From the NCBI RefSeq assembly GCF_009914755.1, contig NC_060938.1: a stretch of 64,000 bases of DNA; one strand, written 5' to 3'. Below, piece after piece: positions 1 through 15,990 of the stretch (positions within the stretch are counted from its first letter, which is position 1; each line of letters opens with the position of its first letter). Under the pieces are notes generated by a model, which searched no databases, had not been told where the DNA came from, and saw only the letters and a list, made by a program, of their open reading frames with translations. A program made the translations under genes and the position numbers. The stretch comes from the human T2T-CHM13v2.0 reference genome, Homo sapiens.

Positions 1-29
1 TGCTCCAGGAAGAAGACAGACGGAAAAAG
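1..29 (+). CDS. DCAF4: DCAF4 coding exon, 3' end only (inferred exon 4): ...LQEEDRRKK
   Basis: ctc cag gaa gaa gac aga cgg aaa aag followed by donor GTGGGC at 30; joins the next exon in phase 0. Confidence 0.9.
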
Positions 30-171
30 GTGGGCTCCTCACCCCTTCGCCCCCTGTCCTCTCCGCTCCTGCCAGCACCTGTCCATCCACTGTTGAAAAG
101 GGTGCCAATTAGATGCCCCTGCGACACTTAGCAGAGGCACTTCAGGGGGTGTGGCCCTAGCTTTTCCCTGA

Positions 172-922
<751 letters not shown>

Positions 923-1399
923 TGTCTATTTTAAATAGAAGACCAGGATGCATGGTTTGGAATACAGGCCATCTTGTCTGTTTGCAATACAGACCAACAG
1001 GTCTAGACGCTAACATATTTTGTTGTCAAGGTAGGCAATGGAATGTAAAGTTCCAGCCCTGGGTCACCACGGGTGGAATGGAGAGTGGTGCAGACCTGTT
1101 TGCAGTCCCATTGCTGCACTCACGCACCTGGTGGCTTCGTCCCCCCGGGTGTATGTGGATGGGGAGCGTGGGCAGAGTTGACGAGCAGACTTTCCCACTC
1201 ACACTTTCTTCTGCTGGGCCTTTCCTCTTGCCGAGGAAGGGAGACTTGGAAAGGACACCGTCAGATTTTTATGCATATAATTTCTGCCAATTTAGTGCCT
1301 ATTTCCTTCATTACATTCCTATGGAACTAAAAACATTCTCCATCATCCCCTAACAAATAAATCTTCATTGAATTGTTCTCTTTTTTGTAATAAATATAG

Positions 1400-1479
1400 A
1401 TTGCCAGGATGGGATTTAATGCATCTTCCATGCTACGAAAAAGCCAGCTGGGTTTTCTCAACGTCACCAATTACTGCCA
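1400..1479 (+). CDS. DCAF4: DCAF4 exon (inferred 5): IARMGFNASSMLRKSQLGFLNVTNYC, containing the DDB1-binding H-box helix
   Basis: tatAG acceptor 1398-1399, GTAAGA donor at 1480; NASSMLRKSQLGF at 1418-1456 matches the recalled WDR21A H-box. Confidence 0.93.
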
Positions 1480-2622
1480 GTAAGACAATGCCTCTTTGTT
1501 ATGTTTTCTTCATGAATGTTCTTTTCCTGTTTCTTATTTTCATGGTATAAGAATCCAGTCTGGATAGACCATGTGGCTACCCCGTGAAGCACCTGCACAG
1601 TTGAGGGGCTCCAGTTCACACCCTGCCTTCTGCTGCTTAAACCCACCCTGAGAAAGCTGTTCTCTCTAGAGCGAAGGCGGGGGACTCTTGCAGGAGGATA
1701 GGGAGAGAGGATGGGGACGTAGGCAGAGATGTCTATTCTCTGTTACTCGTAAGTCATTCTAGTAGAAGCTCCTACAACTTCATTCCCATGACATTTCTGC
1801 ATCCTTCTTTCCCTTCTAATGAGTTGTCACCAACAATGGGGCATTAAGTGGATGTGTGTGTACTAAACCTTATCAAAGTACTTATGATGGCTGATACAAT
1901 TCTAACTAAAACCCTGTGAAATAGGCCGATACTTTCCCCCATTTCCTGAAGAAGAGACTGAGGCTCAGAGTGGAGTGATTTGCTCAAGGTAAAGCTAGAA
2001 GTGGGGAACTGTCTGACTCCAACACCTGAGCGCCCAGCGCTGCGTCTCCTGCCCCCACTGTACATGCTCAAGTGAAGAACCTGCATTTGAGGCAGCTTCC
2101 TGGGGCACAGCCCTCGGACCTTGGAGCAGGGCCCCTTCAGGGAAGGCCAGAAACACCGTAGGTATCAGGCAGGGCAGGCCCCTCCTGTTTTCCTCCTTCT
2201 GAGACAGAAAGTTAAAAATCTAGTTAGATCTGTTCCTCACCCTGCGAAACAAGAGGCGGCCGTATCCTGGGGCTCTTCCCAGCAGCGGAGTGCCCTCCAG
2301 ACCATTGTTTCATCTCCCGCACTTTCGTCATCTCAGGGGAAGGAGCTGTACTGAATGATGCAGACACAACTCCCTCTAACTCCCACTCTTTGACTCTGCA
2401 AATGGGCCACCCACTTCTTCATTTTCATCTTCCTGAGCGTTCTGTGGGGAAACTCAAATTCGGATAATCTGGGATCTTGCTCAGCTCCATTGCTGAGAAG
2501 TACTGTGGAGCAGGCTGACGAGGAGAGATGGGCATCAGCGGGGCAGGGAAGGCCAGAGACCCCCGAATCTTCTTCATGGATGTCAGCTTCAGCATCCATG
2601 CCCCCACCCTCTGTTTCTGCAG

Positions 2623-2725
2623 TTTAGCCCACGAGCTGCATCTCAGCTGCATGGAGAGGAAAAAGGTCCAGATTCGAAGCATGGATCCCTCCGCCTTGGC
2701 AAGCGACCGATTTAACCTCATACTG
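2623..2725 (+). CDS. DCAF4: DCAF4 exon (inferred 6): (H)LAHELHLSCMERKKVQIRSMDPSALASDRFNLIL
   Basis: ctgcAG acceptor 2621-2622, GTGAGT donor at 2726; overlaps ORF 2528..2752. Confidence 0.95.
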
Positions 2726-4140
2726 GTGAGTGGGAGGGGGACACCTGCCTAGGGTGTGGCTGCCACCCTCTGGACACTTTGTGGCTTAGCGTTGCCAGTC
2801 ATCAAACCTGGCTCTGGAGAAGCCAACTGCAATGAAAGTAGGTGGCATCTTCTTGGTTGTACGATTTTAACCTGCCTGCTGGCTACCCGCTGGGAGACGC
2901 TGAGCTGGCAGGCAGGCTGTGGGGCGACCATCATCACCCCCCACTTCAGCTCCGTCGTTTAACGTCAGAGTCTGGACCCAGCCACACCTTGACTACTGAA
3001 CTTTACACAATAACTTCTCCTTGGCTGTGTTGTATATGCAATTAAAAAGGCTCACAGTGGACCTGGGGACATCTGCTTCTTCCTGAACTGGGGCAGGACT
3101 TGGTGGCTAAACCTGCAGCCCAGTGTGCCTTTGGTCACTAGAGGGTAGGACTCCTTGCTTGCCGCCCCTGGCTTCAGTGGCACCTCCCATCAACACACCT
3201 CCATTACATCATTTGCAGGGGGTGAAAGGCCTTCTCTGGTTTGGGTTGGACCCAAGCTGGAAGCCAAGGTCAGCCGCTTAAACCCAGGGGCCAGGGAAAG
3301 GTTGGCAGAGAGCTAGAAGGACCACTGCAAACAAAGGTCCCTGACCTTTCGATGGACCACGTAAGAGCAGGGCCTGCCCGGCAAGCCCTATCCTTCCTGG
3401 AGGCTGAGGGAAAGCCAGGGAGAGTGAGAGGAGGATACAGAGGCAGGAGCATCTGGACTCGGTCATCTGCTGGTGGGACTGGAGGCCGATGCTAGAGATT
3501 GACCCTGGAGGTTGATACTGCATCCTCCTGCCCCAGGAGACTGCCACAGCAGGGCCCTTCCATGTAAGGGGTGTTGGGGACCGGGCCCACATTCTCCCAT
3601 GTGGCTTTTCTCTCCATGTGTGCTTGGGGGTATGGTTTGACTGAATGAGTAGAATCGTCTCTTGTGGTTGGTTCCCCTCAGCAGCCCCTTCCCTGGGGTA
3701 AAGTGGGTGGGGACGGTGGGGGTCATTGGTGTGTGGGGTCTGGTGATGCACAGGCCACTGTTCACAAGCCTGGACATCTCGACCCTCATGCTTCCTCTCT
3801 CCTGACCCAGGCTTTACGTGTGGTAGGTCGTCTCCATCACCCAAAGTTACCGTGACTCTGGCTGGCCGGTGTGACCGCAGGGCCAGAAAGTGGCTTGGCA
3901 CCTGGAGAGCAGTTTTTCAGATCTGAGTCTAGTCTCAATGATTCTTCTGGGAACATAACTTCTTCCTGAGTAAACTTACAACGTTGGTACAGTTTCACCA
4001 AAACCAACGTCCAAACTCGTGTGTGGGTCTGTATTTATTAATATATACAAAACACATAAATATGTGGAGTTTTTGCTTTGAAATAGCAATTAACCACATC
4101 ATGTTTTAAAATGAGAAAAGAAAAGCTTAAAATAGCCCAC

Positions 4141-5033
<893 letters not shown>

Positions 5034-5511
5034 TAGCCTACATTTGAATGCAGTCTTTTTCTATTGCACGTTTTATTCAATGCAATTTTTTTTTCATGGT
5101 GGTAAAAAAAAAAAAAATAGTGCCTATGTAATAGGAACTAGCATTTTTCCTATTGCGCCACAGCCTTCGTGATGGCACATGACACATTCCTCTGGGTGGA
5201 TGCTAGGGCTCTCCCAAACCCACTTCTGAGTGAGGTCCTCATGCAGACCTCAGACTTTCTGGCCATGTCCCCTCACTGCCATTCTCATCCTTCCTCTTGA
5301 ATTGTTAGATCAGACACGTGCTGGCTTTGCCCAGACATGGCTGCACTAAGTTGGGGAAAGTGAGGTCATCTCCACTCTCGCTCATGGAGAGGAACTCTCA
5401 CCTAGTGAAAATGCACAGAGCATGGGGGCCAGGAGAGACGGGCAGGTCCCTCTTAGGCAGTCCACCAGGCGCAGCCTGGGACGTCACCCACTGCCCCCTT
5501 CCCTTCTCCAG

Positions 5512-5655
5512 GCAGATACCAACAGTGACCGGCTCTTCACAGTGAACGATGTTAAAGTTGGAGGCTCCAAGTATGGTATCATCAACCTGCAAAGTCTGAA
5601 GACCCCTACGCTCAAGGTGTTCATGCACGAAAACCTCTACTTCACCAACCGGAAG
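5512..5655 (+). CDS. DCAF4: DCAF4 exon (inferred 7): ADTNSDRLF...ENLYFTNRK
   Basis: ttctccAG acceptor, GTATGT donor at 5656; 144 nt, phase 0-0; overlaps ORF 5422..5676. Confidence 0.95.
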
Positions 5656-6769
5656 GTATGTTGCCCATCCCTGTAGCCTCTCTGCACACTTGACCCTGGG
5701 GGTAGTTGGCCAAATTCAGGGTAGAGGAGAGCAACTGGGGAAGAGGGCAGAGCATACTTACCTCATTTTTCCATAAGACTTGATTTTTTACTTGAGCCTA
5801 GGAGTTTCAGACCAACCTGGGCAGCATAACATGCATGGTGAAACCTTGTCTCTACAAAAAAAAAAAAAAAAAATTATTTGAGTGTGGTGGCGCGCACCTG
5901 TAGTCCCAGCTGCTTGGGGGCTCGGGGGGAGGTGAGGTGGGAAGATCACCTGAGCCCAGGAGATCAAGGCTGCAGTGAGCCATGATCGTGCCACTGCACT
6001 CCAACCTGGGTAACAGAGCGAGACCCTGTCTCAAAAAAATGGATTTATGGTTGCTGAGAACCCATAGGGAAAGAAAAGGACTCCAGGAGTTTCTTGTCTT
6101 GGAAAAGAAAGTGAAATGAGATGGTTGGGGTAGGTTGAAGCAGCGCTTGTTTAACTGGTCCTCAGGACCGTCCCTCCAGGGGTCCAGGAGTTGATCTGGA
6201 AGGGCCCACACCAGGGCACAGAGTTCCTTGGAAATGGGCGACAGTGACTGTGGCCTGCATGGGAGGGGTCCTGCCCTGTGTGTCAGAGTGATGCGTCATC
6301 CAGCCAGGCCGCAGCCAGCACTGAGGCTTAAACAAATAAGAGGAGCTTGCTGTCTAGGGAGCAACCTTTAAGTTGCAGTGGGGTGATGGCGGCATCCGTG
6401 AGAAGCTGTGACTTGCTATTCAGTTGAAGCATAAGCTGCAAGATGGATACAGGTTGAAAATGGCTTCTGGGTGAAGTGAGATACACCTTCAGAGTTCGGC
6501 TTATCTCCTGCCATTGTAGAAAATTCAGCCCTGCCCAGAGGGTATGCCAGATAGACCAGATGTCTCCCTGTGGGTCTGTTGAAGGACTCAGGCTTGAGGT
6601 TACTTCCTGTCCTGCTTAAGCCCCACCCTCAGAATGCTTGTTCCAGCCCATTTGAAGAGGAGCAGGACGTGAAGAGAGAAGTCACACGTCTGTGTCCCCA
6701 CATGTTATTCCACAGGAAAGCATATTACTGTAGAATAACTTTCCATCTCGCTGTGTGCTTCCTCACCAG

Positions 6770-6819
6770 GTGAATTCGGTGTGCTGGGCCTCGCTGAATC
6801 ACTTGGATTCCCACATTCT
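6770..6819 (+). CDS. DCAF4: DCAF4 50-nt exon (inferred 8): VNSVCWASLNHLDSHI(L)
   Basis: caccAG acceptor; ends at U12-type donor GTATCCTTT; frame continues correctly into the 11425 exon. Confidence 0.92.
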
Positions 6820-8317
6820 GTATCCTTTGGCAGAGGAAGAGGTTTGGTGGGCAGGCCACACCCTGACGTTGGACCTGGGTATCTCTGGGCTTCATGACAT
6901 GGCATCTTAGTGACCAGAGGACTAGACCCTTGTGCACTTACATCTCACGCTTTAGAAAAAAAAGCAGCGTACCTGGATAGAACACAAGGATGCCCGTGGA
7001 GCACAGAGAAGCAGCTGAGGTCCCATCATGGCTGTTTCTCAAGGTGACATTGATGTCACTGTGTGGCAGACACTGTCTGGGCCTTCACATGCATGTGGTG
7101 GAGACAGAATGGGAACTCAGGCAGTCTGACTCCAAGGCCGGCTCACTCTGCCACTGTGGCGTGTGACGGGAGGCTCTGGGTTCACTACACAGACCCAGTA
7201 TTCCTGCCGGAGGGCTGGTGTGGTAGCAGAGGAACGAGGCGGAAAGGAGCAGCACAGCCTTGGGGAGGAAGCCCAGCTCCTCCTGAGGCCAGGGAGGAAA
7301 ACAGTGGTCAGGAGAGCAGGGTCCTCCTAGGGGAAGCTGAGGGCAAGGTCAGAGAGGGGGTTCCTTTGGCAGTGGACATGGGTCTGTGGGCTCTGGGCCT
7401 CAGGTCCCTGCTGGCAACAGCTTTTTAGAGCACTCATCACACTAGTCTCTGCCTTCCCGGAGAGCAAGCAGAGCCACTTTGCTGAGAGCACGGTAGTACA
7501 GTGTCGTGGTCCCTGGCCTCTGGGACCCTTGGGGGCTGTTGATATGGCACAAGACTTGACTCACCCGAAACCACATGTTAATGACTCTTGTCCTTGGTTC
7601 ATTCTCTTATTAAATGTGTTCTGGAAACAATGTGACTACTCATTGTACCTCACACCTACTTCCTGAGTTGTGGTGAGATTAACATTAGTTAACTCCTGTG
7701 AAGGCACCTAGCAGTTTCTGGACATCATTGGTCCTCGACAAATGATAACTGAATCAGGATCTTTTTTGTAAATTTTATTTGTTTCACAGCACTGTATTTC
7801 AAAGGAGTTTTTTTTGATTTTAATTTTTTTCAGAGAAAGGGGTCTTGCCCTGTCACCCAGGCTGGAGTGCAGTGGTACAATCATAGCTCACTCCAGCCTA
7901 GAACTCCTGGGCTCAAGTGATCCTCCTGCCTTAGCCTCCCAAGTCACTGGGACTGTAGGTATGCACCACCACACCCAGCTTACACTTCAAAGGGTCATAG
8001 AGCCTAAATACATTAGCGACCTGATTATAAATTTATATAAGGCATCAAACTATGTGTGTTCTCTAAATTGCAAATTTTATGTGGCTTTCATTTGATGGGG
8101 TTCTGTAGGCCAATGGGACTGACCACATGTTACTATGATGATCTAACCAGAGAGCTAAAGAGGCCAAGCTCTGCAGAAAGCAAAAACAAGAACCTCACTC
8201 ACATTTCCAGTCTTAAAACAGCATGGTATTCTCGTTTCTGTGGGCTAAGGAGAGGAAAAAAAAATCCATGTAATTGGACTTAAAGGGATGGATGGTCTGT
8301 TGTAGCTTCATCAGTGG

Positions 8318-8335
8318 CTCGCCCTCTGGTGGCCA
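8318..8335 (-). promoter_or_regulatory. CTCF core motif
   Basis: Minus strand reads TGGCCACCAGAGGGCGAG, close to the CTCF consensus TGGCCACCAGGGGGCGC, in non-repeat sequence. Confidence 0.75.
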
Positions 8336-8794
8336 TTTCTGGTAGCCTTCGGGCTTTTGTGCTGAAGATTTTTTGTGCTGCTTCAGAAGTTCAGGTAACT
8401 TTTTCCCTTTAGAAAAATGGTACTTTGTTCAGACCTGCACTCTGCATTTTTCCTGCAAGAGTGGTGGGAAGTTAGATGGAATTCTTTCTACACTTATTGG
8501 GCCCTTAGTTAACCTGTGGCCTGTCAAAGGATTAAATCTTAGCCTGGCTCCGTAAGTACTCAAAGTTTGAGTATAAATAAGCTGAGATTCAGCAACAGTA
8601 ACTAACATGCACATCCCACTTTCTTCACTTCCTTGCCTTCCAAACCCAGAAGCAAAATAAGTTTATTTGGTGGTGGTGTTCTCATTTACAGTTTCAGCAC
8701 CTGGTATATCCTGGAGATACTTAATTTGGAGCTTACCACCCAGAGCGGTATGTCACATACACATCACATACTCAGATAGTCAAGAATGTCACCT

Positions 8795-9429
<635 letters not shown>

Positions 9430-10619
9430 TTACATGATTGCTTTTCAGATATTTACATTTTCCAGTGAGGAATATGTGTGGTCATTCAGACAACACCTAT
9501 CGAGTATATGCAGTTGCAAGGAGATAGAGACAGGCAGCTCCACAAGTCCTCAGTGTAGGAGGAAAGCTGCATGCAGGAGGGATTGCAGCCACCTTCCTGG
9601 AGGGAGACCCATGAGGGCAGGAAGAGGCCAGGGACCCCTAATAGGAGGAGTTGGGAGAAAGCTTGGTATGTTTGGCAGCAGTTTGATATTCATGATGTCT
9701 CTGGCTAGGGAGCAGGGCCTTTCAAGACTGAATGCTCGCTCAGGGCTGTGGGAGGTCCCAGGGGGTTGTGATTGTGGAGTCATTTTTGAAAATGATTCCT
9801 TTGGTGGCATTGTTGGGGGATAGACGGACGAGAGCAAGTCCTCAGACAGAAGCTGCTGCAAGACTAAGGGCGGTGGTGAGGGCGTGAAACGAGGTATCAG
9901 GAGTGGAGGGAAGGGCACCAAGAGGCAGGTGCAGGCTCTAGCCCGGGCATCTTGTGATAGGAGAAGGCCAGGATAGACCTCCCAGAGAGTGGTGGGTTGA
10001 GGCCAAGGAGTGTGTAGTAGAAATTGGGCTACATGGCCATAGGGCAGAACTGGAATGTTTCCATCAGATTTAGAAACCAGAGGCTCATTGAAGACTGATG
10101 AGAACATTTCTCTGGGAAGGTGAGGGTCAGGCCTGGATTTCAGTGGAGGAAAGGCAAGGGAATGAGAATAAATACAGGCTCCTCTGGAACAAAGTTTGGC
10201 TATGAGGGGAAAAGGAGAGGAACCGCGTCAGTCAAAAGACACACACGTAGGCAAGGGTATAAAGGGGCAGGTCAGAGAGGGAACTCCAACGACTATGCTC
10301 ATGTGAACAGAGACACCCACATGTAGTCAGGGAAATGCAAATTTAAATAACAGTGAGGTATCACCTGGTACCCATTCAGATAAGCAGAAATTTTAAGGGC
10401 TGGTAGTGAGATATTCCATGCAATGCCATTTCTGTATGTTTTTTTTAAACAAAAGCTGCTTTGTGTTATTTATTGACAAATATATGTAGTGGAAATACAG
10501 CATGGCTTAGAAGAACTTACACCAATTTGAGAAGAGCAGTTCTCTCTGAGTAGAGGAGAAGGGAGAATTGGACTAGGGAGGGATCAGAGAGGGCTTTTTG
10601 GGCTTTTTAATAGTATTTT

Positions 10620-11262
<643 letters not shown>

Positions 11263-11424
11263 CATCTGAAGGTAAATGTGGGCAGTGTAAACGCATGTTG
11301 AATCTGGACGGTGGGGGTTACTCTGGCCTAGGTTGTGTGCCGTATGACTTTCTGAAGGGTAAATGTCCATGCCTCCTCCCAGAGGGGAGCCTTGTGCCTA
11401 ACTGTCCTTAACAGCTTTTTCCAG

Positions 11425-11504
11425 GCTATGCCTCATGGGACTCGCAGAGACTCCAGGCTGTGCCACCCTGCTCCCAGCATCACTGTTCGTCAATAGTCAC
11501 CCAG
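11425..11504 (+). CDS. DCAF4: DCAF4 exon (inferred 9): LCLMGLAETPGCATLLPASLFVNSHP
   Basis: Phase-2 entry fits the upstream exon; GTACAG donor at 11505. Confidence 0.93.
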
Positions 11505-12317
11505 GTACAGGGTTCTCCTCCTTTAAAGAAATCTGTCCTCTGTCTCCCGAGAGCTGTGTGGGGGTGGCTTAGAGAGAAGTATGGGGCCGCTGCAGAGGCA
11601 CTGTGGGAGGATTCCCTAAGCCTGTCCCAGGGTTAGTACCAGAAGCATGTGTTTTTTTACAGCATCTGCCCCTTTTTACCCATCTTGGGCCATTTCAGTC
11701 ATTTCAGCAGCCAGAGCAGACTTAACACGCATGTAAACCAGCGTGAGCTCAGAACAGATTCGGACGCCCGTGCACATCATTCAGAAAACACCTCTGAAGG
11801 TCCAAAGCACCTCAGGTGCTATCAGGGATACTTAACAGTCTGCCTACGTTAAGGCAATTTGACTCCTCCTTCCTGACAGCATTCTGGATATTACATTTCA
11901 GTCTATCAGAAAATTAGGATCAATAAGACCAGGGTGAGAGGCCTCTTAAGAGTGTGGGCTTCAGGCAGACCTGGCACGAATCCCAGCTCTGCCCCTTGCC
12001 AACTTGAATGGAATGTTGAACCTCTCTAAAGTGGACAGGGCCTTCTCAGTCCACATCCGTGGAGAATTAGGTGAGATCATGCACATTTAGCCCAGTGCCT
12101 GGTATTTCATTGCACAGCAAGCTTATGAGGCAGGAGTGTGTCTTACCACCATTTTACAGATAAGGAAACTGAGGCAGACAGTTTCAGAATTTGTCTTACA
12201 AAAGTAATTTTTAGTGTTGGAGGTCAGGCTCACAGTACCCTTTGGGGAGGTAGTAATTGGGAAAGGGATGTGAGGGAGGCCTCTGGGGTACTGGATTGTT
12301 TTATGTCTTGTCTTGTC

Positions 12318-13449
<1,132 letters not shown>

Positions 13450-13769
13450 TTGCCTGAGATCACATAGCTGGTAGGTGATCGAGGATCGGAGCCACCTTAC
13501 CTCCAACAGTATACTACCTCCCTGATATCAGTACTATTCATACTGTAAACACGACTACTGGGAACGTTAACAAAGATGCATTTTCGGAATAACCACTTGT
13601 GAGCCAGGCATCCCAGCTGAGTCTCTCTTGCAACCACAAAACCCAGAATGGGGCCAAAGGTATAGACCCTCTGAGCAGCTATGGGCATATTTGGATGTTT
13701 TCCGAACCCAGTGGTCCCTGGCCTGCCTAGAAGGCAGCCACACTTTACATTCTCCTATCCCCTTAGCAG

Positions 13770-13868
13770 GAATAGACCGGCCTGGCATGCTCTGCAGTTT
13801 CCGGATCCCTGGTGCCTGGTCCTGTGCCTGGTCCCTGAATATCCAAGCAAATAACTGCTTCAGTACAG
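13770..13868 (+). CDS. DCAF4: DCAF4 exon (inferred 10): [33 protein letters not shown]
   Basis: TAGCAG tandem acceptor 13764-13769, GTGAGC donor at 13869; overlaps ORF 13628..13918. Confidence 0.93.
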
Positions 13869-13991
13869 GTGAGCCTGGCTCCCCAGGTGCCCAGAGAAGA
13901 GGCCTTAACAGGCCTTAAAACCCCATGTAGTTGTCCCTCTCCCCAGACTACATGTGACATAATCTTACCAGCCCATCTCTGTCTCCGCCAG

Positions 13992-14089
13992 GCTTGTCTC
14001 GGCGGGTCCTGTTGACCAACGTGGTGACGGGACACCGGCAGTCCTTTGGGACCAACAGTGATGTCTTGGCCCAGCAGTTTGCTCTCATG
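13992..14089 (+). CDS. DCAF4: DCAF4 exon (inferred 11): [33 protein letters not shown]
   Basis: gccAG acceptor, GTTGGT donor at 14090; phases consistent. Confidence 0.92.
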
Positions 14090-15128
14090 GTTGGTTGGAT
14101 TGGGACAGGCAGAATATAAAAGTTTGCCCCATGTAGAAATTTGGCCAGATTGAAATTGGACTCCTCTGTGTGCCATCTAGTACTCTTTGACAGGGGAGAA
14201 AGAGCATCAGAAAGGATCAGTGGGTTCCTTTGTAAGGGTGTCTGAGCCGAGTGAAAGTTGGTTGATCCAGAAAGGCTGGCCTGAGTTGCTCTACACAACC
14301 TCTCATGGAAAGGTATTGTGAGCAGTTCTTGGGTACTTGGATTTACCCAGTAGGACAAACCATTTTTAAAATGTATAAGCCAAACACCAATTCTTCACAG
14401 CTCCCAGGTTATATATTTTATATGTTTAAAAAATCAGGCCAGGTACAGTGGCTAATGAATGGCTGTAATCCCAACACTTTGGGAGGCCAAGATGGGTGGA
14501 TCACAAGGTCAGGAGTTCAAAACCAGCCTAGCCAAGATGGTGAAACCCCTTCTCTACTAAAAATACGAAAGTTAGCCAGGCATAGTGCTGGGCGCCTGTA
14601 ATCCCAGCTGCTCGAGAGACTGAGGAGAATTGCCTGAACCCGGGAGGCGGAGGTTGCAGTGAGCCAAGATCACACCACTGCACTCCAGCCTGGGCAACAG
14701 AGCAAGACTCTGTCTCAAAAAAAAAAAAAAATTGTGGTCATTACTATATTTCACAGACTTTTCTCTAGAAAATGCCGTCTTCCCTTAAAAGTGAATGAAC
14801 CCACTAACCTGCTTTTGGTGGAGATGGAATGCTATCTCTGGGACTTCAGAGAGAAAGGCCAAAGGGGACAGTGCAGGGGGGTGGGGGGCAGCTCCTAGGA
14901 CCTCCGTGCTACCCATGAGGAGGACACATGGGGTCTGGTTCTTCTAGCCACTAACAAGGAATCATCCTCCCTTCCAACTCCATTGAGACCCAAACCCTGA
15001 CCAGCACGTGTCTAATCACACCGTCTGACCCAGAGGCTGGAAGAGGGGTTGTATCAGGAGGACCTGCCCTGCCCAGCCTCAGAGGGATGTCATGATAGCC
15101 AGGCACTGAGCAGTCCCTCTTTCCACAG

Positions 15129-15302
15129 GCTCCTCTGCTGTTTAATGGCTGCCGCTCTGGGGAAATCTTTGCCATTGATCTGCGTTGTGGAAATCAAGGC
15201 AAGGGATGGAAGGCCACCCGCCTGTTTCATGATTCAGCAGTGACCTCGGTGCGGATCCTCCAAGATGAGCAATACCTGATGGCTTCAGACATGGCTGGAA
15301 AG
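15129..15302 (+). CDS. DCAF4: DCAF4 exon (inferred 12), WD40 blades: [19 protein letters not shown]...MASDMAGK
   Basis: ccacAG acceptor, GTAGGG donor; 174 nt phase 0-0; contains a DxR motif (IDLR). Confidence 0.95.
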
Positions 15303-15990
15303 GTAGGGGATCATGGACTTTCTCAGGCCACAGGGTCTCGTGGCCCAGTGCCCTGCCAGGTGAAAGGGTTCTGCTGAAGAGGTCCTCACACCAAGACCCC
15401 AGGCAGGGGAATTTCGCTGAAGACCAAGTGATTTGTAGGCCCTGCATGGGGACTGCTTCGTTGACCATATGAGCCTAATCTGACGTAAACAAAAGTGAAA
15501 AGGATTCTCTGGTTATGTCCTTTTTTTTTTTTTTTTTTTTTTTTTGAGATGGAGTCTTGCTCTGTCGCCCGGGCTGGAGTGCAGTGGTACTATCTTGGCT
15601 TACTGCAACCTCTGTCTCTCAGGTTCAAGCGATTCTCCTGCCTCAGCCTCCTGAGTAGCTGGGATTACAGGTACCCGCCACTGCGCCCGGCTAATTTTTG
15701 TATTTTTAGTAGAGATGGGGTTTCACCATGTTGGTCAGGCTGGTCTCGAACTCCTGACCTCATGATCTGCCCACCTTGGCCTCCCATAGTGCTGGGATTA
15801 CAGGCATGAGCCACCGTGCCCGGCCTGGTTACATGCTTTTGATGAACAACAAGGCTCAAGAATTCGAGATGGAGATCTTCATGACCTGCACAGGCCACTG
15901 GAGACCACCTTGCCTTCCTGGCTTTGCACTTGGGGACCACCATGGTACCCCCTGGCCCCTCCCTGATGGCCCCTGGTGCTTTTTCCACAG

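Noticed and set aside
3278-3901. 207-aa minus-strand ORF in a DCAF4 intron
   Set aside because: No recognisable domain; expected by chance in GC-rich sequence
11413-11414. AG immediately after the U12 branch site as an alternative acceptor
   Set aside because: Too close to the branch A, and it would break the reading frame
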